Positions 1 to 8,904 of a stretch of 28,116 bases of DNA are shown piece after piece. The stretch is from the IMG/VR virus record IMGVR_UViG_3300029906_000002, positions 140,507 to 168,622 of that record; one strand, 5' to 3'. The DNA is from a virus. How positions within the stretch are numbered: position 1 is the stretch's first letter; every line of letters starts with the position of its first letter. The position numbers and the translations under genes are program-made. Under the pieces are notes generated by a model that was not told where the DNA came from, did no database searches, and worked only from the letters and a program-made list of their open reading frames with translations.

Positions 1-161
1 GTACGCGCATCGCATCACACCCTACACCAAGATGGATTGTGCTTACTTCGCCAACCTTTCGCCCGATGAACTTTATGAAGAATTAATTAACCAACCCGCA
101 TTCAAATTCTTGTGGGATGGTACAAACAAAAACAATTTTAACTACTTAACACCTAAAAATT

Positions 162-1166
162 ATGTACACAGAACCAGTTCAAAGAATCAAATCCGCAAAG
201 GAAGTAATAGAGGGAATGTCGGAAATGAGTATTCCTCAACTCGAAAAAACATTCCGTGGAGACAAGGACAAGCAAATCGCGGCGGGAATCTTTATCGGAA
301 TAATAAAGTCCTCAATGGTAGCGATAACAATGGACAACGGAGATATGGTAAGCCCGTTGACGTTGATCGAAATGTACGGGAACCTGAAAAGCAAAAGCAA
401 GATTGCTCCCGAAAAGTTGAGTGATTTGACTATCGAGGCACTTAAGAAAACAATACGCCCGAATACCAAGGATGTTAATGAAAAACCTTCTATTAGCTTT
501 GCCGTTAACCTTGGTGATACCATCGGCAAGATTGCGGATACGAGCGATGATGATGTCATAGAGAACATTCTTATCGGCAACATAGCATACGATTCCCATG
601 AGTATATGATAGGCTGTCTTGCGGAAAGAAGCGATATCGTCAAGGAAATTGATATGAGCAAACTTGATATCAATGATGATAGCCTGCGCGAGTATTGCAT
701 GAGACTGTCCCGTTCCGTACATTCGGATTGTTACTCCATGTGTCTGGTTGGCAACGAGGATTACCTGCACTTCATATTCCTTAATTCGGAACTGATGCTG
801 GCTTCCACCGGCGACAGTGAGGCTATGGAACGCTTAAAGAAGTTCAAGGAAAAGAACAAGGTCGTGTTCGACATTGCTATCATGGCACTCCTGTATGATA
901 ATAGGGACGAAATCGTGAAAGCCAGACAGATAATGAGAGATAGCATAATGGAGTACGTGAAGGACATCTTGCTCTCTTCGGCCTTCAAAGCTATCGTCTA
1001 CATGTTCAATCGCTTCCGTAGAAAGAATCCTACACGTAAGGACGACATCATAGTCATTCTTGCTGCCGTTGATGTCATCTCACCTATTTTCAACAAAGAG
1101 AACATCAGGGAAATGATTAAGAGTATCTCTTCTAATGATGACATCTTTAATCCCAGAAACAACTGA
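162..1166 (+). CDS. Hypothetical protein (helical-looking)
   Basis: 334 aa ORF with an AT-rich leader. Its TGA overlaps the next ATG (TGATG). No motif recognised. Confidence 0.8.
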   Translation: MYTEPVQRIKSAKEVIEGMSEMSIPQLEKTFRGDKDKQIAAGIFIGIIKSSMVAITMDNGDMVSPLTLIEMYGNLKSKSKIAPEKLSDLTIEALKKTIRPNTKDVNEKPSISFAVNLGDTIGKIADTSDDDVIENILIGNIAYDSHEYMIGCLAERSDIVKEIDMSKLDINDDSLREYCMRLSRSVHSDCYSMCLVGNEDYLHFIFLNSELMLASTGDSEAMERLKKFKEKNKVVFDIAIMALLYDNRDEIVKARQIMRDSIMEYVKDILLSSAFKAIVYMFNRFRRKNPTRKDDIIVILAAVDVISPIFNKENIREMIKSISSNDDIFNPRNN

Positions 1167-1654
1167 TGAAGACGTTAGGAGTAAATAGAAAAGTGGACTT
1201 TCATACGAAGCTGATGGACGAAAGGGAAATCAAACTTCGTGTCATGTCCGCTGATTCGTTCGGTAAGATTCTGAATGAAGGCGATATTTCCGACAAGGCT
1301 TTGCAAGAGGCGTATATCATTGGTTGCGTCATGATTGCCGAGGTTAAGTATTTCAGGGAGTTGTTGTCGCAAAATCCCAATATGGGAAATGTGATGGAGA
1401 ACTTCAATAAGAATACGGAACGTATCAAAAAGCTGTATGGTGACAAGATAGACAAATTGATATCCAAGACAGTGGTTGAAGTCTACGAAGGAAAATATGG
1501 GGAGGACGACAAATGCGACGCGGTAGTTGTCGAGAAAGTCCTTGAACAAATCGGGTTCTACAAAGACGAAGATCTTGTCTGGATAGCTCTTTATATCGGA
1601 TATACTATGGAGTATATCATGATGCAGGAGAGATTGAAAAAGGTTTATAATTAA
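1166..1654 (+). CDS. Hypothetical protein
   Basis: 162 aa ORF, translationally coupled to the upstream gene. Confidence 0.8.
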   Translation: MKTLGVNRKVDFHTKLMDEREIKLRVMSADSFGKILNEGDISDKALQEAYIIGCVMIAEVKYFRELLSQNPNMGNVMENFNKNTERIKKLYGDKIDKLISKTVVEVYEGKYGEDDKCDAVVVEKVLEQIGFYKDEDLVWIALYIGYTMEYIMMQERLKKVYN

Positions 1655-1665
1655 GTAGTTGGATT

Positions 1666-2526
1666 GTGAAGAAGACGACTTTGTTTTCGTATGCAAAAAC
1701 AGGAGGAGATGGGAAAAGGGTTTACCTGATGTGGGCACTCTATACCTCTACTGGCATGTTGTCTCATGGTTTGTTAGCTAAGAACACAGGCAAGTACGAC
1801 ACTCCTGCACATACGGAAATAAAGTTGCTCTTCAAGCTGCTCAAGGAATGGGAAGGCCGCAAACCTGACATGTACAAGCATGAATCGCCAGTCTACTACA
1901 TAGACAGGACGCTTTGCACAAAAAGGCAGACGCTTCCCCTTCGCTTCAACAGAGAGCAGTTCATTGAGCTTCTTAATGATTTCAATTACAGGCGTGTCCG
2001 TGCATTGGGACAGATCGATCAGATACTGATGTCGACCATGGATCGTATTGCCGAGGAGATGTTTGGAAAGAAACGGCATGACGTGGTAGATTACCTATGG
2101 GATATGGCTGCTAACCATATATCAGGTTCATTCAAAGACCGTTATAAGTACACCACGGAAGGTAGGGTCTACACGCCTACTGAACATGCCCGGTTGACCA
2201 CACGTCTTGCCATGGGAAATTCCAAGGTCTATGCCTTTGTGCGCTATGGTTCGCTCGGCAGTATGATATCGTTCGTAACCAACAATCGTGAGTACATTGC
2301 CCGTGAATATATCAAGGAACAACAGTTCATGAATCCCGAAGAACCCAAGTTTAAGCGGCTGTACAACTACTTAAAGAAGGTCAACTACACGCCAAACCTG
2401 ATTCCTGCCCGCTATATTACGGGCGTCCTAAAGATTAAGTACAACATTTACTTGGATATATTGAGGCTTACCGACAATGGCAGATACCCTTATTTCCGCA
2501 TTGAGGAAGCCCCATTTACGTCCTGA
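1666..2526 (+). CDS. Hypothetical protein
   Basis: 286 aa ORF with GTG start, 11 nt after the previous stop. Tyr/Arg/Lys-rich. Confidence 0.75.
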   Translation: MKKTTLFSYAKTGGDGKRVYLMWALYTSTGMLSHGLLAKNTGKYDTPAHTEIKLLFKLLKEWEGRKPDMYKHESPVYYIDRTLCTKRQTLPLRFNREQFIELLNDFNYRRVRALGQIDQILMSTMDRIAEEMFGKKRHDVVDYLWDMAANHISGSFKDRYKYTTEGRVYTPTEHARLTTRLAMGNSKVYAFVRYGSLGSMISFVTNNREYIAREYIKEQQFMNPEEPKFKRLYNYLKKVNYTPNLIPARYITGVLKIKYNIYLDILRLTDNGRYPYFRIEEAPFTS

Positions 2527-2541
2527 TTTTAAGAAAGCATT

Positions 2542-2880
2542 ATGCGTAAATTCAGCAAATACATCTGGTTACTCCTGGCATCTCCAAGGCTTGTTTGCAA
2601 GAACAAACTGGAAGATGGCTCCTATTGTTTTGAGGTTCTCAAGCTAAACATTTTCATGCGATGGGTAACCGATGTGGATACTCAACACTGGTATCCTTCT
2701 CCGGCTATCTTTACTACTAAAAGTGAAGCCATGTTGCACGCTAACGAATGCGTGTCAGATAAAGGATTAGTCATGTATCTGCCTTGCTCTACCCGTGAAG
2801 CCAAGGAAACTTTTAACAAGATGATATATATTTACAACTTGTTTTACTATCGATTGGAAGACTATGGACAAAATAGATAA
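2542..2880 (+). CDS. Hypothetical protein
   Basis: 112 aa ORF filling the gap; overlaps the start of the ferritin gene. Confidence 0.7.
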   Translation: MRKFSKYIWLLLASPRLVCKNKLEDGSYCFEVLKLNIFMRWVTDVDTQHWYPSPAIFTTKSEAMLHANECVSDKGLVMYLPCSTREAKETFNKMIYIYNLFYYRLEDYGQNR

Positions 2881-3550
2881 CGCAAGAGGCGGAAATATCC
2901 CTGCCGCGCCCGGAGCGAACATTGCCGACCCTGGGCAATCCTCACGCTTTAATGGCAACGGGGCAAGGGATACGCGCGGCAAGAAAACCGTTGAGGACAT
3001 GCCGCCTATCAACAAAAATCTGGAGAAGTATTTGATTAGTGACCGTATCATCGAGCTGCTGAACAATCAGTTGCAGGATGAATTGGTCAACCATAACCTG
3101 TATCGTACTTTCTCGCTGTATTACCGCAGCAAGGGCTTGCATAAGTTGGAGCATTACTTCGAGCTTCGTGCCCAGGAAGAGATGCTTCATCACAACTGGA
3201 TATTTGCTTATCTGGCTTATTGCGGCATACCTCTACAATACCCTGAGATTCCTGCCATCAACGTGGATGTCACCAATGAGCTTGACCCGTTCAAGCTGAC
3301 GCAGGAAAAGGAGATTGAAACCACGTCAACCATTAACGAGATTGCTAAGCAATGCCTTGCTGAAGGCGACTTTGGTACGCTCTGCTGGCTCAATGGTGAA
3401 GGTGCGGTAGATGGTGAGCTTATCCCTGAACAGACAGAAGAGATGAGTATCAGCAACGATGTGTACCGCATTGCTTGCCAACAAGGTGATTGGTTGAGCA
3501 AAGAGGATAAGATATTGGATTACTATTGCTCAAAACGTAAGGAGGATTAA
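2864..3550 (+). CDS. Ferritin (non-heme FtnA-like) with N-terminal extension
   Basis: LLNNQLQDE...LY, YFELRAQEEMLH, EKEIETT..INEI, GDFGT..WL and EQTEE match the ferritin helices and ferroxidase ligands (E, Y, EExxH, E, EQxEE). Confidence 0.88.
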   Translation: MDKIDNARGGNIPAAPGANIADPGQSSRFNGNGARDTRGKKTVEDMPPINKNLEKYLISDRIIELLNNQLQDELVNHNLYRTFSLYYRSKGLHKLEHYFELRAQEEMLHHNWIFAYLAYCGIPLQYPEIPAINVDVTNELDPFKLTQEKEIETTSTINEIAKQCLAEGDFGTLCWLNGEGAVDGELIPEQTEEMSISNDVYRIACQQGDWLSKEDKILDYYCSKRKED

Positions 3551-3553
3551 GCC

Positions 3554-4765
3554 ATGTCGTCGTTTTCGGAAGCGTTTGCCAAAGCAAGAAAAGAGGGCAA
3601 AAAGGTCTTCGAGTGGAATGGCAAGAGTTATTCCACAAAGCTGAAAGGTGAAGAAAGCAATAGGGGGGGGGCTCGCGATGATAAGCCAAAGTTTCGTTCG
3701 AGAAATGACGAGATAGAGGCAGAACGTGAATCCAAACCCAAGAAACCCATAGCTAAAAAGAGCAGCCCTAAAACAGGGCGGTTCTCTGAGCCTAAGCAGA
3801 AATCGCTTGAGCAACGCTCCGATAACACACGGGTAGCAAAGCCGCAAACTGTTCCTAAAAAGGCAATTCCTAAAACACGTGAGGCACAAACCAGATTTGC
3901 TGAACAGCAAAGAGAAACAAAGCCTCATGAGGTAGGAAGAAAGATGAGGCAATCTATTAATGAAAGTCCTGCTCTCGCTCTTGCCGACAAGTATATGCGA
4001 AGCAAGGTCACGCATCGTGGCACGCAATATGAAAACGGCGATATACCTATTGGGCAATATAATGTGTTGTCGGACCAGAACCAATATATCTGGGATAATA
4101 TTCAAAACGTATTATCCACGGATATATTTAAGCTGCAATCAAGTATTGCTTCCGAAACTAATCCTGCAAGAAAGGCTGAATTGCAAAATACTCTGCAAAC
4201 CAAATCGAAGTATCTTGACTTGGCGCGAAAGGGATTGCTTGCAGATTATTTGCGTTTGCATCCCGATGAAAAAGTGGTTGTGGGTGGTAATTTCAGGCAT
4301 TATAAAGATGCCAACCAGTATCGTTTTCCCGAAGGTACGCCTACGGGTTATGCCGGATTCGGTAAAGACAGGTATCTTGAATACGCCATGGATACTCCTC
4401 TTGGGCAAACAGAAACCATTTGGGGAAGCGCATTGCATTCTTACCGTGCTGATCCGGCTACCGGCACAATCATCACTGCCGTATCGGACACATACGACTT
4501 CAATCCGTATAGCAGCGGGAAATCCAATGAGGGCAACCTTGTCGGTCAGTTAAGAATGATTGCCGGTAACGACCCGTTGTTGGGAGAGAAAAGTTCAACC
4601 AAGATAACCAGAAGAATGAATTTGCGCCCTATTCTTCCAGGGCAATCTAATTATATCACAGACCCGAATGAATTTGGGATACTTCCGGAAGAAGGAGATC
4701 CTTTCTATGGTCTTGCCAATGAGGCTGTAGTGCCGCTATTGAGTAAGGTTGTAGGAAATAAATAA
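3554..4765 (+). CDS. Hypothetical protein: short N-terminal FxxAFxxAR..F.W.GK.Y.T module, basic low-complexity linker, globular C-terminal domain
   Basis: 403 aa ORF. N-terminus is SFSEAFAKARKEGKKVFEWNGKSYST, followed by a K/R/P/S-rich linker (about aa 35-135) and a C-terminal region containing DTYDFN. Confidence 0.75.
   Translation: MSSFSEAFAKARKEGKKVFEWNGKSYSTKLKGEESNRGGARDDKPKFRSRNDEIEAERESKPKKPIAKKSSPKTGRFSEPKQKSLEQRSDNTRVAKPQTVPKKAIPKTREAQTRFAEQQRETKPHEVGRKMRQSINESPALALADKYMRSKVTHRGTQYENGDIPIGQYNVLSDQNQYIWDNIQNVLSTDIFKLQSSIASETNPARKAELQNTLQTKSKYLDLARKGLLADYLRLHPDEKVVVGGNFRHYKDANQYRFPEGTPTGYAGFGKDRYLEYAMDTPLGQTETIWGSALHSYRADPATGTIITAVSDTYDFNPYSSGKSNEGNLVGQLRMIAGNDPLLGEKSSTKITRRMNLRPILPGQSNYITDPNEFGILPEEGDPFYGLANEAVVPLLSKVVGNK
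3663..3671 (+). repeat. G9 homopolymer tract inside CDS
   Basis: Sequence ta-ggggggggg-ctc, at codons 37-40 (RGGA). Confidence 0.9.
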
Positions 4766-4792
4766 ATGTTTAACAATAAAAAATTTACAATT

Positions 4793-5182
4793 ATGAAGAA
4801 AGTGCTTAAAACTTTGTGTGTAGTAATGGCCATGCTGGTCACTGTGTTTGCAATCAGCTCGTTCACTATTGCAAAAGACAATGCGAATGCCATTAAGGTG
4901 GTATTGTCGGGGAATGATTTTGTAATCAAGCAGACCTTGGAGTTTTCCAACCGTAAGCCTGTTGTTATCTACTATAAGAAAGACGCGAACGGCTATTCTG
5001 CCTGGTCTGAAACGAATCTTCAGAAACAAGATCCTTCACAGCTTTCCGATATGACCGGATTTTCTGTGGAAGAAGTCGGCGAAGTAAAAGGTAATTGCTA
5101 TTTCAAAGCAAAGACTGTTAATGAAATTGTTTCTACGGCGATGTTCTTATATGACAATTACGGACACTTCGTCAAATTCTGA
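4793..5182 (+). CDS. Secreted/periplasmic protein with signal peptide
   Basis: Likely start is ATG 4793 after an A-rich leader. MKKVLKTLCVVMAMLVTVFAISSFTIA is a typical Sec signal peptide. Confidence 0.75.
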   Translation: MKKVLKTLCVVMAMLVTVFAISSFTIAKDNANAIKVVLSGNDFVIKQTLEFSNRKPVVIYYKKDANGYSAWSETNLQKQDPSQLSDMTGFSVEEVGEVKGNCYFKAKTVNEIVSTAMFLYDNYGHFVKF

Positions 5183-5184
5183 TT

Positions 5185-5529
5185 ATGAATTCTAAGAAAC
5201 GGGAGGAGATATTTAATAACTTTGTAGCCAGGTTCAAGGAGCTTGGCTACGATGTTTATTCTCCAAGCAGATCGCCACAATTCTTTTATGCTTTCGTTAC
5301 AGACGGAACGCATATCATCTACTTTCAGATTGACGATTGGGGTATCTTTGAGTGGAGCACCCAATGTATACCAAGTAGAAAGACTGGTTCTGGAATGATG
5401 TTGAGTTTCAGTTTTAAGGACAAGGAAAGTGTTGAACGGGCCTTTTCGGTCAAACATGGAGAACCTTATCGGGATTTCAAGCATTTCTCGGAACAGTACG
5501 AGAGACGTGGTGGATTAAAGAAATTATAA
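5185..5529 (+). CDS. Hypothetical protein
   Basis: 114 aa ORF, 2 nt after the previous stop and followed by a terminator. Confidence 0.75.
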   Translation: MNSKKREEIFNNFVARFKELGYDVYSPSRSPQFFYAFVTDGTHIIYFQIDDWGIFEWSTQCIPSRKTGSGMMLSFSFKDKESVERAFSVKHGEPYRDFKHFSEQYERRGGLKKL

Positions 5530-5568
5530 CCTGCTTTCTTCATACTTTTTTCATTTTGCATTTAGTTG

Positions 5569-5600
5569 AGGCGATATTTTCTAACATTGCCTTTTTCTTG
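5569..5600 (+). terminator. Putative rho-independent terminator
   Basis: AGGCGATATT-ttct-AACATTGCCT stem (one mismatch, one G-U pair) followed by TTTTCTT. Confidence 0.6.
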
Positions 5601-5632
5601 TTCATATTTCAAATAATAATTAGTTTTGTAAA

Positions 5633-6007
5633 ATGAATATGGAAATAACTTATGTTGTCGTATTCTGTACGGTTATATTATGGTGGCCGATATCCATTGT
5701 ACTGAGAAACAACAAAGATGCTTTTGTTGGAGCATCAGCGGTATTCATGCTGGTGTTTCTAATTGAGATGATTGTTCTGTTTATGTCGGTGAAGGATGAG
5801 CCTATAGTATCCGAAGAGATACCCATAGCTGAGCAACCCGACATTGATTCGTTAACACAGGAGATAGACAGCATAAAAGATGAAATAGAAGAAATAAGGA
5901 AAGAAACAGATGAAGTCATGCAAAGGATTGATTCTGCTGATACTGACAGCTTGCTTATCTTGTTTAGACAGTATGTGTCAGGAGGCAGATTCGGTAAGGA
6001 TAAGTAG
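5633..6007 (+). CDS. Putative inner-membrane spanin (Rz-like)
   Basis: N-terminal hydrophobic segments followed by an acidic heptad coiled coil (IDSLTQEIDSIKDEIEEIRKE). Overlapped in the +1 frame by a lipoprotein gene. Confidence 0.6.
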   Translation: MNMEITYVVVFCTVILWWPISIVLRNNKDAFVGASAVFMLVFLIEMIVLFMSVKDEPIVSEEIPIAEQPDIDSLTQEIDSIKDEIEEIRKETDEVMQRIDSADTDSLLILFRQYVSGGRFGKDK

Positions 6008-6266
6008 GGAGGAATTAAAGGAGGCAGTCAGGTTGTTTGTAGACCGGGACAGGCTACTCAAGGAGAACAAGCTGCTTTGGAAAAGCGTGCTTGCCAATGA
6101 GCAGCGTTTCTCCCGCGCCCTTTACTATGATTCTTTGCGTATTGAGAAGCTGGTTGTCACAGATCAGCGTTACAAGAAAGAAAAGAAAAAGTCAAGAAGA
6201 AGATTATGGTTGTCTGTCAGCTTCGGTTCAATGGACGCCTTCTTCCTCCTGATGTTATTGAGATAA
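5910..6266 (+). CDS. Putative lipoprotein spanin partner (Rz1-like or u-spanin-like)
   Basis: MKSCKGLILLILTAC contains the lipobox LTAC. Helical body, then a basic patch and a hydrophobic C-terminus. Overlaps the upstream gene by 98 nt. Confidence 0.55.
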   Translation: MKSCKGLILLILTACLSCLDSMCQEADSVRISREELKEAVRLFVDRDRLLKENKLLWKSVLANEQRFSRALYYDSLRIEKLVVTDQRYKKEKKKSRRRLWLSVSFGSMDAFFLLMLLR

Positions 6267-6283
6267 TTAACTGAATTAAAAAT

Positions 6284-6595
6284 GTGAACGTAGATGGAAT
6301 GAGGGTATTCCCCTTTTCTGAAACGATATGCTGTGAGGCGGTAGCTGTTCGTAGGGACCCGGAAGGATATTCCTGTTATGTGTTCAGGAATCTGGATGAC
6401 GGAACCTATCGCATGGTGACAAGGTTGCCTAACTGGGAATCGCCGTTTATCAGCATTGGAGACAAGGGCTACTTGAAATATACCGAAGTACTTGCAGGTA
6501 GGGACACCTGGTACGACCGTTCAAACGGCACGTACATACCCTACAAGTATGACGGGCAGTACCTTGTGGATTGGGTACCCTCGAACGTGAAGTAG
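6284..6595 (+). CDS. Hypothetical beta-rich protein (possible OB-like fold)
   Basis: 103 aa ORF with GTG start. The pattern YVFRNL...MVTRLPNW...IGDKGYL.Y.EV.AG.D.WYD resembles a small gene I recall preceding the helicase in crAss-like phages (unverified). Confidence 0.7.
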   Translation: MNVDGMRVFPFSETICCEAVAVRRDPEGYSCYVFRNLDDGTYRMVTRLPNWESPFISIGDKGYLKYTEVLAGRDTWYDRSNGTYIPYKYDGQYLVDWVPSNVK

Positions 6596-7492
6596 ATGAA
6601 TGTTGACGTATCCTCCCATGTGACAGGAAATGGGAGCGGTAAGAAGCGTATCCCAGGATACGTGTGGAGAAGTGGCAAGAAAGACAAGGGCAAACCCCTT
6701 GCCGAATGTACGGAAGAGGAGCTTGCCGCACATTACGAGTTCTGTGAGAGCATGTTGAAGAGCGACGATCCCGCCAAGCCAGGACGAAAAAAACTGCTGG
6801 ATAACATACATGCGCAACGCAGGGCTTGTAACGCTGAGATGCTCGTAAGATTTCTTGGGTCGAAATACAAGATATCCAAGTACAACCTGTATGAGACATT
6901 TTCGGTTTTTACGAAGAAGTACCAGGACGACCACCCAGACATATCATCTTGCCCGATAGGCAAGATTATGGGAGGTTGTCCGCCTGATTTTACGGGAGTG
7001 ACCATACATGAAGCCATGTTGGCTTGCATAGATTCCTTGGGCAGCATAGATATGCGAGGCGTGACCAAGACTTTTATCTGTTCTCTTGGCATTAATATGT
7101 CGAAGGAGGACTGGATGGCGATAGAAGCCACGCCCGAAGAAATCATGTCTATCATGCTGTCTGACAAATGGAAGCAATGCGTCAAACAGAACGGCAACGG
7201 GCGCGGAGTAGTGGGACGGAACACGATAATCAAGTATCGTAACAATATCAAGCCTGAATATGAAATCAACTTCAATCCTTCGGGCTTGACATTGCAACAG
7301 TTCGTCTCCGTCTACCATATCCATGGGAGATGCCGCTATTCCGAGCTTTCCGACATCCAGCTGTCCGCATTACGGGACAAGGTGCTGCCGTCTCTTGAGA
7401 TGAAGATAGGAAAACAGATAGAGCAATGGAAGGAAAGACAAAGACAGATCAAAGAAGTAGCCCGATACCTGGGATACCAGACGATTACCTGA
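6596..7492 (+). CDS. Hypothetical protein upstream of SF2 helicase
   Basis: 298 aa ORF whose ATG directly follows the previous TAG. C-terminal coiled coil. Confidence 0.8.
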   Translation: MNVDVSSHVTGNGSGKKRIPGYVWRSGKKDKGKPLAECTEEELAAHYEFCESMLKSDDPAKPGRKKLLDNIHAQRRACNAEMLVRFLGSKYKISKYNLYETFSVFTKKYQDDHPDISSCPIGKIMGGCPPDFTGVTIHEAMLACIDSLGSIDMRGVTKTFICSLGINMSKEDWMAIEATPEEIMSIMLSDKWKQCVKQNGNGRGVVGRNTIIKYRNNIKPEYEINFNPSGLTLQQFVSVYHIHGRCRYSELSDIQLSALRDKVLPSLEMKIGKQIEQWKERQRQIKEVARYLGYQTIT

Positions 7493-8826
7493 ACTGGGAA
7501 GACAGCCGAACCAAACGGCAGCTTCTCTGTGTGGACAGATGGAAGACAAAGACCAGGTGTCGCGGAACGCTACAGGCTTTCGTGGGTTGTGGTAAGACCG
7601 CCATGGGTATCTTCGCCATACGCAGGGTGCTCAATGCCATGCCTGAAGCCCATATACTTGTCGTTGTCCCTTCTTCGCCTGTTGGAAAGCAATGGAAAAG
7701 GGAAATTGTCAAGTGTACGTCTCCCTTTGAGAATGTCGAAGTGATTACCGTGGATAAAGCCGCAAAGAATTATAAGGATATTCCTAAGGTTGACCTGCTT
7801 GTCATTGACGAGATACACCAGATCCCTACACCCAAACGGGTGTCTTGCCTGAAAATTCAATATCGCATGATACTGGGCCTGACAGCTACCTACGAGCGTT
7901 TGGATGGAAAGCACGCGATTATAGATCGTGTGGCTCCGATAGCCGATTCCATAACCCTTGCCGAGGGTATCAGGAACGGCTGGACGAGCAAGCAGAAGGT
8001 GTATGTCATCATGTGCGACATTGAAGACAGGAACGAGTACAACGCCATGACAAACAAGTTTAAGGACTTGTTCGCCTGGTTCAGTTACGACTTCGACATG
8101 CCGTTCAAGGTGCTTGGCAATCCCGATTCGCGCGATTTCTTCATCAATGACAAGGTTGTTCCCGAATTACAGCTTTTAGAAGGATGGGACGACGACTTCG
8201 TACGCATGAACAAGAAGAGGGTTCTTTCCTCGGCGTACAAGATTGCCATGTCCAACTCATCCTCCTTTATCAGGACGATGACAAACCGAAAGAACTTTAT
8301 CTACCACCACCCCAAGAAGAAAGAGGTCGCTAACCGCATCCTTGAAGCTAAGAAAGGACAGAAAGGTATCACCTTTTGGTCTACTATCGAGGACTGTATG
8401 GATATAAAACATGGCAAGCCTTACGCTTCGCCTGCACAGGATAATGACTTCACCGAGAAAGGCAACAGGGAGACCCTTGATTGGTTCTTCTCCACGCCCG
8501 GTGCAGTTATCAACACGGTCAGAGCGTTGAACATAGGTTTTGACTGCCCGGAGATAACCTTCGGCGTCATAGCCGGATTCAACTCCTCAAAGACCGATTC
8601 CATGCAGCGAAGGGGACGAGTAGTAAGAATAAACAAGTTCTTTGCGGACAAGAGCGCGGAGCTGTATTATGTGGTCATACAAGGAACAGTGGATGAACAT
8701 TGGGCTGCAAAAGCCCTTAGTGACACCGAATATGTCTTGCTTTCCGAAGACGACCTTGATGCTTTTCTATCCGGTAAGCCTGTTGACTTCATGGAAGGCA
8801 AGCTGAAATCAGGAGGAAGGTACTGA
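7426..8826 (+). CDS. Superfamily 2 DExH helicase (UvsW/ResIII-like)
   Basis: Motif I GCGKT, Ia VVVPS, II LLVIDEIH, III GLTAT, V ALNIGFDCP, VI QRRGRVVR. Confidence 0.92.
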   Translation: MEGKTKTDQRSSPIPGIPDDYLNWEDSRTKRQLLCVDRWKTKTRCRGTLQAFVGCGKTAMGIFAIRRVLNAMPEAHILVVVPSSPVGKQWKREIVKCTSPFENVEVITVDKAAKNYKDIPKVDLLVIDEIHQIPTPKRVSCLKIQYRMILGLTATYERLDGKHAIIDRVAPIADSITLAEGIRNGWTSKQKVYVIMCDIEDRNEYNAMTNKFKDLFAWFSYDFDMPFKVLGNPDSRDFFINDKVVPELQLLEGWDDDFVRMNKKRVLSSAYKIAMSNSSSFIRTMTNRKNFIYHHPKKKEVANRILEAKKGQKGITFWSTIEDCMDIKHGKPYASPAQDNDFTEKGNRETLDWFFSTPGAVINTVRALNIGFDCPEITFGVIAGFNSSKTDSMQRRGRVVRINKFFADKSAELYYVVIQGTVDEHWAAKALSDTEYVLLSEDDLDAFLSGKPVDFMEGKLKSGGRY

Positions 8827-8904
8827 TTTTTTTAAACGAGCCAGTAAGAACGGGTAAACCTGGAACTGTGACGGCCATGCAATGATCTTAAAACATATCC
8901 GATT

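Noticed and set aside
32-424. 130 aa plus-strand ORF
   Set aside because: It overlaps the 162 gene by 263 nt. The frame is open from the window edge, so the first part may be the tail of an upstream gene, but this cannot be established here.
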